Origin: Haliotis rubra
Lineage: Eukaryota
Assembly: GCF_003918875.1 (NCBI RefSeq)
Contig: NW_025767237.1
Location: 248,001 to 312,000, forward strand
Length of the DNA: 64,000 nt
Reading direction: 5' to 3'
Below the pieces are notes generated by a model. The model was not told where the DNA came from. It made no database searches and was given only the letters and a program-made list of their open reading frames with translations. Each line of letters starts with the position of its first letter. Within the stretch, counting starts at the first letter, position 1. This document shows, piece by piece, positions 49,224 to 64,000 of the stretch. The translations under genes were made by a program, and so were the position numbers.

Positions 49224-50618
49224 GGTACAACCAGAAATTATTGAGAATTTAAAGATTGTAAATTTTTATAATTTTTCATTCATTACTCACATATTGAATG
49301 TGAATATTAGCAGAACATAACTCCAGATTCAAGACAGGTGAACAGTTAGTATTTTGTCATGTCACCAAGCAATCAGCCTTCAATGGGCATACTACTGATC
49401 AAAGAAGTTAGAAATCGTGGTCCAGCTGCAATTCGGACCACCTCTTCTTTCATTTCATGGGCGGGGTATAGTGGTTATACTGTTGGCTTGTCAAAGAAGT
49501 TAGAAACATGGGTACATTTTGTGAAGTCCATGGTGTCCGTGATGTTGCTGGAATATTCGGACCACCTCTTCTTTCATTTCAGCAATATTTGTCAGATTTT
49601 TCTTATTGACATTTTCCTTCATAAGTCCCCAAACATTTTCTGGATTTAGGTCAGGGCTATAGCTTGGCCAATCTAAAAATGTCATATTTTGGGTCGAAAC
49701 CAGGCCTGTGAATGCTTTGAGCGATGTTTTGGGTCGTTGTCCTGCTGGAAAATCCAAAAATTTCCATAGAACACGTGAGCAGATGGAAGTAAATGTCCCT
49801 CAAGAATATCTGTGTACCTCTCACTGTTCTTATTCACTTCAAATACAGAGGGGCGTTGCCCCTAACACAGATATGCCAACCCCACACGTTAAATTTCAGA
49901 CTGTACTTTGAAGCTGATACAAAGGTTTTTCAGTTTGTTTGGTCCAGAATTTCAATGCATTAGGAAACAGCCACACAGAACTTTCATCTGAGAAAATCAC
50001 ATTGTCCCAGTTAAAATTTCTATGCTGTAAGCACCAGTTCAACCTTCGCTCCTTTTGTTCAGGTTTCATGATCGGTGATGGAATTCCTCGACTTTTCTGC
50101 CAACCCATTGCATGCAGCTCAGTTCTAATTGTCTCCTTACAGACAGCCCAGTTCCTCTATCAATCATATCCAGCCTTAAGTTTTCTAAACTCCTTTTGTT
50201 TGTTTTAGAAACAAGAATACCAAACCGCCTCCTGTCACCGACAGTCAATTTTCTGGGCCTACCTGCGCCTCCCTGGTGCTCAATGCCATATCCATTTGCA
50301 ATATTTTTCAAAACACGATAAACAGTGGACAAAGGGATGCCTGTTCTACTTGAAATCACTTTAGCTGATCTGATGTCCTTGTTATAATACTCAATAATCA
50401 ACTCCCTCTTCTCTAAATCATCCATACTGAGGATCACTGAAAATGTCGTCTGCTAGCAAGTAAACAAAGGGGGATAACTCTTCACAAACTAATGAAAAAG
50501 GATTAACAGAGTTGTCTCTCTTGAATGAAACCAAGCACTTGATAGCTGGTCAAGGTTGTTTTACTAGAAATCCAATTAAACATATTCCTAAAATTCTCAA
50601 TAATTTCTGGTCATACTG
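49224..50618 (-). mobile_element. Tc1-family (DD34E) transposon, near full length, transposase frameshifted
   Basis: TIR core ACCAGAAATTATTGAGAATTT at both ends; the right end is ...CATACTG|TA. Transposase fragments: HTH ISSRTGIPLSTVYRVLK...GRPRK, VIFSDES, FQQDNDPKH and DWPSYSPDLNP.ENVW. Confidence 0.92.
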
Positions 50619-52847
50619 TAACATTCCCTGAAAGACTGCAGAAACTGATATATCAGAACAGTTATTACAGTTTTACATTGGTTCCATCCATTATTTAGAA
50701 GTCAAAGTTAGAGATTATCATTGTTGTTTATTACTTTTTTCATCAGATAATATGAAGCCTTGTTGCTTCCACCCCAATAAGAAACCCACTGAAGTCATAC
50801 AGGGACCAGGTTGTTTTCAACTCATTCCAGCCATAAACCAGTGCCTGCTCTCTTGGCAGGTGGCATTGCTGTGATAATTGTTTTATCAGAGACCATATGG
50901 CCTTTTGTTTATTTATGTGCTTGTATTTTACCAATCTTAGTTTACCAAATGAATCCGTCCATGGTTTAGTCTTCCCAACTGATGCCAAACAGTTGTCAGT
51001 CATTGTCAAATACAAACAGGCATGATATGTATTCAGACCAATGATCAGCATTTCCAAATACGTATTGAATGTTTTGCTCATGGAACATCAGTATGCAAAC
51101 TTTCTTCAGCATTGGATAAAACCAAGGTTGTCTCTGTTGTCTTCTTGCCAAAGCATGTTTCTACCATTAAGAAATGTTTGTATGTCATTGACTTGAACAG
51201 TTAATGTGTGTAAGTGGAGAGAATCATGTCTATATTACAACTCTATCAAGGTTATGCTGGTATAGCTAACTTAAAGTAGTTTATTTTCAAATTCTACATA
51301 TTTGTCCCCATTACAGTGAATTAAAGCAATATTACCCATTTTGTCCTGATTGTTCCGGTTTACAAACTGATGTTAATATTGCTTGCATGTTTACAACAGT
51401 GAAAGGATACAAACGCTGACATATACAGATTTTTGTGCTTGTCACTATTTGTGTGATCCAGTTAAGTTCAATAAGGTTGGCTACCAAGTCCCTCAATCTT
51501 GGAAGCCCATGGTCATTACAGATACAATGACCTCTTGACTTTCCCGCTGAGAAAGTTGACCCTCCAGGATCATCGGATGTACAATGGTGCATTTGTGAAT
51601 GTTGTATCCTGCTATCACAATGGTATCACCGCTTAACAGTGGCCTGTGATTATGTCTGAGGAAGCAGCAAGATTCCACAGGATCAAAGTGAAACTCGATC
51701 GATCAGCCAAAACCACCCAATGTATAGTTGTCAACTTTCACAATGAATAGGTTACGGGAGACCGATTCCTTCCCTCAATCTCAGATTGTACACTGCTGAA
51801 AATATTCACTCCCTCAATGTACATGGCATGGACAAATCCCACAATTGCCATACTACTAGCCAATGCTAGTCTGGTAAAATATCCAAGTTTTATCAGCTCA
51901 TTTTACATATCCCACTATAATACCGAGACCCCATTTCATGTTCGTAGGTTCAAAATGGTTTTGCATATATTCCCGTCTTCAGGCAACCTTTCTGGGCATC
52001 ACCACATACAGGAACTAACCTTTTGGGGACAGAGTCAATTGTGATGACTTGGATCATCTTATGTTCAGATTTTTTACAACTTTGTGCAAATTGGATTTGT
52101 TTAAATTTTTCAAAAATAGTGAGTGAGTTAATATTTAACGTCACATCGGCAATATCTTTTCAACAATAAACACAAAACGTCTTTAAAAAGTGGAAAATGC
52201 ATGCCAAATATCAGCTTCATCAGTCCAGCAGTTTCCAAGATGATACATTATGTCAATATGAAAGTAAAAGTCAGTTGCAAAGATGAGTGTTGTGGTTAGT
52301 GAGAGTCATGTACATTCAAGTACCGGTAGTAATAAATACACCTCTTTCAAATACTAGTACATGTACAATAGTTAACGACTGATGAACAATTCACAACATA
52401 TGTAAAGTACCCAAAACTATTTCTGACCTAGACATTTGATTTGAGCAGTGATTTGAACACATTCACCGTTGTGAGCAGGAACCAAGAAAGTAAAGCTGCA
52501 TCATATGATCGATCTTGGAAAGAACTTGTTGACAACTGCGACACTGTTCATGGCCCACTGCTCCTCAAGGAGGTTCATGAACCAGACATTTTCAGAAAAC
52601 TCCAGTCGCCAAGGTAACTAATCCCGTACAAAGACCACAAGCAACAATTTTTGTGGACAAGGTTTATTTATCCACAATGATAGCACAGTCACTGTTTCTT
52701 GCTTACAGTTTTGGTTTTTGACAAACAATAGTAATCATTGTAATATCTACAAAATAACTTGTCAACACTTCCTCTCAAACAGTAGTAGCACATCGCGAAT
52801 AATTTACAATGCCTTCTTGCAGAGATTTTTCCTAAAACTACAATGAA

Positions 52848-58046
<5,199 letters not shown>

Positions 58047-58150
58047 GATGGCGACACTTGTGAGGAACCGGTCACGTGACGACCAAGGAGTTATGGGTAA
58101 CGTAGTGACGTATTCTTACATCAAACCGGTTTCAAACAACCGGAATGTGA
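58047..58150. promoter_or_regulatory. ATP5F1B proximal promoter / 5'UTR region
   Basis: Palindromic E-box GTCACGTGAC at 58071-58080, a YY1-like ATGGCG next to the start codon, a TGACG half-site and CCGGAA. Confidence 0.5.
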
Positions 58151-58527
58151 GTGTGCCTGGAGACGGTGGCATGGAAGAAAAGTTTTGAGAGAATGTTGAT
58201 GCCTCGACTGCCTCGAACCATATTATTTCCCCTTCCGACCGACCAGCTGTTACTGACTTCTAAAATCTAAACGGAGCGGCAAATGTTTTTCGCAGTTCTG
58301 GTTAAACATATTGGCATCCAGCATGTTGAATAACGTTCAGAGAACGACACAAGGAGACAACTCCCGATAGCTCTGGAGGTGTTTATAGACGTGTGGCCAT
58401 ATAGATTAGATCTGTGAAGACAAACAAACTTTAGGTAATGTCGAACTGTTATAGAAATGTGGCCCGATATGAAGATATATTTTATATGAATGAGTTAATT
58501 AGGCTTTAAGCTATTTTTTTCGTTGTG

Positions 58528-58626
58528 GAGGACACCAGAAATGGGTTTCACCCATTGTACCCATGTGGGGAATCGAACCCGGGTCTTCGGCGTGACGAGC
58601 GAACGCTTCAACCACTAGGCTTCCCA
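58528..58626 (-). mobile_element. SINE family B, 3'-truncated
   Basis: tRNA head and start of the body are present; the tail is missing. Confidence 0.75.
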
Positions 58627-59004
58627 TTCAATAGTAGGTAGAGTCGAACCGTAAACAAACGCATTAACACACTGAGTATCGGTGCCCAGGCAGATTAAAA
58701 GCACCCAAGCTTAATGGCGCTAATCGATGCAGCCACGCAGAACTTTTATGCGGGCATCTCTTCATATAATTTCTCTACACACTACTACTTCAGTTTCGTT
58801 TTGATTTTTCTTCATTTTTTTCTGAATTAACAGTCAATACACAATCCTGATTTGTCGATCATTTGTCTTTTCTTCAATTTTGTTAGTTATTCAATCTCTC
58901 AAGGCTCAATGTATAGAGTGAATATGAAGAGAAAGAACAAAACCTACTGGAAGTCCTGTGAAGATCCTGATTAGAATTGGACTTCAGCAACCCATGCTTG
59001 TTCC

Positions 59005-60052
59005 GTACAACCAGAAATTATTGAGAATTTAAAGATTGTATTTTTTTATTTTGTTTCACTCATTACTCACGTATTAAATGTGAATATTAGCAGAACATAA
59101 CTCCACATTCAAAGACAGGTGAACAGTTAGTATTTTGTCAAGTCACCATGGGTAGCAATGCAGGCTGCAATGCGGCGGGGCATACTATTGATCAAAGAAG
59201 TTAGAAAGTCGTGGTCTATGCTGTCCCAATATCGGACCACCTCTTCTTTCAGTTCAGCAATATTTGTCAGATTTTTCTTATTGACACTTTCCTTCATAAG
59301 TCCCCAAACATTTTCTATTGGATTTAGGTTAGGGCTATAGCTTGGCCAATCTAATAATGTCATATTTTTTGGTCCGAAACCAGGCCTGTGAATGCTTTGA
59401 ACGATGTTTTGGCTGGAAAATCAAAACATTTCCATAGAACACATGAGCAGATGGAAGTAACTGTCCCTCGAGAATATCTGTGTACCGCTCACTGTTCATA
59501 TTCCCTTCAAATACACAGAGGGGCGTTGCCCCTAACACAGATATGCCACCCTACACGTCAAATTTCGGACTGTACTTTGGGCGCTGATACAAAGGTTTTT
59601 CAGTTTGTTTGGTCTAGAATTTCAGTGTATTAGGAAACAGCCACACAGAACTTTCATCTGAGAAAATCACATTGTCCCAGTTAAAGTTTCTATGCTATAA
59701 GCACCAGTTCAACCTTCGCTCCTTTTGTTCAGGTTTCATGATCGGTGATGGAATTCCTCGACTTTTCTGCCAACCCATTGCATGCAGCTCAGTTCTAATT
59801 GTCTCCTTACAGACAGCCACAGTTCCTCTATCAATCATATCCAGCCTTAAGTTTTCTAAACTCCTTCGTTTGTTTTTAGAAACAAGAATACCAAGCCGCC
59901 TCCTGTCACCGAGAGTCAATTTTCTGGGCCTACCTGCGCCTCCCTGGTGCTCAATGCCATATCCATTTGCAATATTTTTCAAAACACGATAAACAGTGGA
60001 CAAAGGGATGCCTGTTCTACTTGAAATCACTTTAGCTGATCTGATGTCCTTG
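59005..60052 (-). mobile_element. Second copy of the same Tc1 family, 5'-truncated and decayed
   Basis: Colinear with 49224-50382. Contains WPSYSPNLNPIENVWGLMK...SMPRRIAACIATHGDLTKY. The QDND segment is deleted and the transposase 5' end and its TIR are missing. Confidence 0.9.
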
Positions 60053-61092
60053 AAACTGCTTCAAGACGAATGCCGATTTCCGAAAGTAGTGTGGATTATT
60101 ATAGCCAGACAGTGCATGCTCTTTGCTGCACAATTTCAACTGGAAGGTGATTTCTGTAGCGTTGAGGTGATGCCTTTTTAATCCTTGTAAGAAATCTCAT
60201 CAAAAATCAACATTTTCAGGAAAAGTCGATTTTTTCCTGTGCAATTGTGTAAAATCATGTTATCAACACTTTTGTTACATATTTTGACGATTGTTTGAAC
60301 ACAATAGGTAATTAATAGATTTTTTAAAATACAAAACGCCTATGCGTTTCTTTTGTGGGGTAGTATATGCTATTAGGGAACGGGAGCGCTGGACTCGGCC
60401 ACCTGAAGACAACGGCACCATGGACAGACCCCATGGAGAAAGAGGCCATTAAATATCAATGCAGATGTTATATTCTGAAAATTCCATCTAACTGGGTCTC
60501 CTTTTCAATTTAAATGGAGGTAGTTCTTTTCATCAAATCTAAATATATATATTCAGAGACTAAGCGTAGTCTGATCTTATGGCAGGAGACAACTTTCTTG
60601 AAAACCTTGACCTCAATCATCAAGAGGTCCCGTTCTTTATGCATGACGATGCATTAAAGGCAAAGGTGACTGGTTGGGACAACACACAGAGAACTCCTAT
60701 TCCCAAGGTTCCCCTTGATCATTTATCCCTACTATGTATTTATATGCCTAAATTATGTATTAGTATCATATGTGTGTAGCTATCGTTGAGGTGTATCTTG
60801 ACAATAAGGGGACGTTGCATCTGAACGCAGCATCTTATCACAAACAGCTTTCTCATCGTACATGAACAGTCCATTGCCACAGAAGCCAAATGGCGCGAGC
60901 CTGTAGGGGAGTAGGGGACCTCCAGTCAGAGATGCAGCTGAACTAAGTACACATTTAAATATGTCGAGAAGACAGTGTTTCAGAGAAGGGTGTGTGTTTA
61001 GAGCATTCGTGAGTGCGTGCATGCGTGTGTTCCAAATCGCCCGACAAATCAAAACGTGTAATATCTCGACTGAGGGACTGTCGAAAGTGTGG

Positions 61093-61240
61093 GTGAGTGA
61101 GTGAGTGTGGTTTTACGCAGCTGTTATCAATATTCCAGCAAGGTCACGGCGGGAGACACCAGAAATTAGCATCACATATTGTGGGGGAATCGAACCCGGG
61201 TCTTCGGCGTGACGAGCGAACGCTTTAACCACTAGGCTAC
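61093..61240 (-). mobile_element. SINE family B
   Basis: A and B boxes and (ACTC)n tail. Confidence 0.8.
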
Positions 61241-61867
61241 CTGGGAGTGGCAGGCTTGAAAACACAACACCTAAACAAGATCGTCTCCAGTCACATAATT
61301 GCAATACGCATTAAATTCCAATCTGCTGTTATGGACAGAGAATTCTGTAAAGGTGAATTTCATCGTCAGTTTTGCACTGTTAAAAAGCATGGCGTCCTGT
61401 GAAGGGTGTGATCCCAACAGCTTACCATCGGCGTCAGAGATTGTCATGGTGTGGACTGATATCACATGCCAGGTGAACTAACATTTGTGAGTGGACGTTT
61501 TGCTGGCCAGGGATGTGTTGACGGAAATGTCACTGGTCCATTCTTTCGAATTATCGGAGGGCATTTTGAGCTGCGATATGACAATGCCAATGCTTAAGTG
61601 GTCGCTGCTTTTGTGTACTCGTTTGAATATGTCGAAGATGCACGACAGAGTCTGACCAGTGAAAAACAACCTCGACTTGTGAAGAAAATGCAGAAATGAG
61701 CGAAGCATTCATAAAATATAGATTCTTCCTTACAAAAATGAATAACACATGAAACATATTTAAATATTATAATATTTGGTTTAATATTGCTGGACTCTAA
61801 GTCATTTCACATAGAAAAGTAACAGTGATTTTACTTGTTAGATTCTCATTTGAGAGGGCAGAGTTGT

Positions 61868-62117
61868 GAGTGAGTGAGTGAGTTTAGTTTTGCGCCGCAC
61901 TCAACAATATTCCAGCTATGTGGCGGCGGTCTGTAAATAATCGAGTCTGGACCAAACAATCCAGTGATGAACAACATGAGCATCGATCTGCGCAATTGGG
62001 AACCGATGACATGTGGCAATCAAGTCAGCGAGCCTGACCACCCGATCCCGTTGGTCGCCTCTTACGACAAGCATGGGTTACTGGAGATCTACATTCCAAC
62101 CCGGACCTTCACGGGTC
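61868..62117 (-). mobile_element. SINE-like family C (non-tRNA structured head, same tail type as family B), full length
   Basis: Minus strand reads GACCCGTGAAGGTCCGGGTTGGAATGTAGATCTCCAGTAACCCATGCTTGTCGTAAGAGGCGACCAACGGG...ATATTGTTGAGTGCGGCGCAAAACTAAACTCACTCACTC. Related pieces occur at ~8965-9140, ~39716-39882, 54620-54721, ~58953-59001, ~62750-62835 and 63792-64000. Confidence 0.8.
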
Positions 62118-62229
62118 GGTAGAGTTGTTGGGACAACTGGGAACTTTAAAAATATGTTCAGCTCCTCTTTGGATGCGCAGAGACCAGTGTTCTGAAGCAG
62201 CAGGTGGTGCCATATATGGGGTGGTACTG

Positions 62230-62680
62230 GGTGGACTGGTGGACTCCAGCGTGTACAGGGTCCCGGGGCTAGGTTTGTGGGTGAGTGGACCGGTGGACCA
62301 GCCAGCTAGGTTTGTACAGTGGCCCAGCGGGGCTAGGTTTGTGGGTGGGAGAGTGGCCGGGGCGAGTGGACCAGCGTGTACAGGGTCCGGGGCTAGGTTT
62401 GTGGGGGTGGAGTGGACCGGTGGACCAGCGTGTACAGCGGCCCGGGGCTAGGGTTGTGTGGGTGGACCGTGGACCAGCGTGTACAGGGTGGAGGTTTGTG
62501 GGTGAGTGGACCGCAGCGTGTACAGGGTCCCTAGGTTTGTGGGAGAGAGTGGAGGTGGACCAGCGTGTTTGGGTGAGTGGACCGCTGGACCAGCGTGTAC
62601 AGGGCCCTGGACTAGGTTTGTGGGTGAGTGGTCCGTTGGACCAGCGTGTACAGGGCCCGGGAAATAGGTTTGTGGGTGCC
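62230..62680. repeat. Degenerate G-rich ~55-bp tandem repeat
   Basis: Unit GGACCGGTGGACCAGCGTGTACAGGGTCCGGGGCTAGGTTTGTGGGTGAGT. Confidence 0.88.
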
Positions 62681-63791
62681 AGTGTGCCAGACGGTACTAT
62701 TTCGAGCAAGTCATCATCGTAATTCTGAGATCGTGCATCACTGTCATCACATCAGCCACTGGATTATCTGGTCCAGACTTGATGTCCTATAGCTGGCTGG
62801 GATATTGCTGACTAAAGCGCTATACCACAAACAAATAGACGACTGACCAATATCTAGGCTTGCGTGGCACCGAAATGTCTGCGTTAGCAGGGTAAACAGT
62901 TAAATTGCCGTATCACCCTCGTTTATCCAGTGTACTGTATACCACGAGTGAGTGAGTATGGTTTTATACCATGAACTGATCCTAGCAACTTATGCTTGTT
63001 GTAAGGTCGGGTGGTCCGGCTCGGTGACGTGACTGGATATCAGATCGTTTTTGTCCGTCGGCACGGAACATTGGTCGTACATATCAGCCAGTGGTTTGTC
63101 TGCCGTGGCCATATACCTGAGTTATTGCTTGGTACTGTGTTACGAGAGTGGAGTTACATTGGTAAACACATGGTATACATCATACATTAACAGTTCCTGG
63201 CCACAGAAGCGTGAGCCGGTAGGGGAGTAGGGGACCTCCAGTCACAGATAAAGCTGAACTAAGTACGCATTTAAATATGTCCAGAAGACGGTATTTCAGA
63301 GAAGGGTGTGTGTGTGGTAGTGTGTTCGTGAGTGCGTACGTGCATGCGTGTGTTCCAAATCGCCCGACAAATCAAAACGTGCAATATCTCGACTGAGGGA
63401 CTGTCGAAAGTGTGGGTGAGTGAGTGAGTATGGTTTTACGCAGCTGTTATCAATATTCCAAGTCACGGCGGGAGACACCAGAAATCGGCTTTAGTTGGAG
63501 TGTACAGCCATGCTGAAACACTGAACATGTGCTGAACTAAAAAAAGACTATGAATGCGTTTTTTTTCAGATATATTTAAGAAATTGTGTGCTCGATCCTC
63601 GTAACAAAATATGTAAAAAATATTATTGATCCTATTTTATGTGTGCAGAGTATACCACTAAAGATAACTATGAGGGAACGTTTAGGACAATAATTATAAA
63701 AGTTATATATAGAATTTGTTTGTAGGAGGACTGTGTGTGTGTGGTGTGAGTGAGGTTATAAGATGCTCATGTCACTCAGGGACATACCATG

Positions 63792-64000
63792 GCCCGTGAA
63801 GGTCCGGGTTAGAATATTGATCTTCAGTAACCCAAGCTTGTCTCAACCCCTGAAGATCCGGGTTAGAATATTGATCTTCAGTATCCCATGCTTGTCATAC
63901 GAGGCGACTAACGGGATCGGGTGGTCAGGCTCGCTGGCTTGGTTGACACATGTCATCGGTTCCCAACTGCGCAGATCGATGCTCATGCTGTTGATCACTG
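63792..64000 (+). mobile_element. SINE-like family C with a tandemly duplicated head; runs off the end of the window
   Basis: CCCGTGAAGGTCCGGGTTAGAATATTGATCTTCAGTAACCC occurs twice (~63793 and ~63847), followed by the family body. Confidence 0.8.

Noticed and set aside
58150-58440. Possible first exon of a gene divergent from ATP5F1B (donor-like TTAG|GTAATG at ~58436)
   Set aside because: All frames contain stops and no downstream exon could be identified; it may be non-coding but cannot be supported from sequence alone.
62125-62722. Gly/Pro-rich ORFs of about 145 aa on both strands
   Set aside because: Products of the degenerate G-rich tandem repeat.

Overview
This is eukaryotic, intron-rich animal DNA, probably a gastropod such as abalone (Haliotis); that call is an inference from the SINE families. 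Five spliced protein-coding genes can be assembled by hand: UMAD1 (-), RPA3 (+), MIOS (GATOR2 subunit, -, about 27 coding exons over 28.5 kb), CCDC89 (+) and mitochondrial ATP synthase beta ATP5F1B (-). UMAD1/RPA3 and MIOS/CCDC89 are head-to-head pairs. The MIOS-RPA3-UMAD1 order and orientation match what I recall for human 7p21.3. MIOS carries two U12-type (minor spliceosome) introns and more than 12 different minisatellites. Several of these are duplications of its own exon boundaries, including eight in-frame tandem copies of one splice acceptor. One MIOS intron holds a nested stack: an RT-less DIRS tyrosine-recombinase retroelement, containing a TTAA Kolobok-like element with a THAP remnant, containing fold-back MITEs. 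Other repeats are two decayed Tc1 copies flanking ATP5F1B, a second Kolobok-like element, a 9-bp-TSD MITE, two tRNA-derived SINE families, and a SINE-like family whose head is a predicted pseudoknot instead of a tRNA. Three apparent frameshifts in conserved genes and an N gap indicate assembly errors. Most long ORFs in the supplied track are artefacts of tandem repeats.
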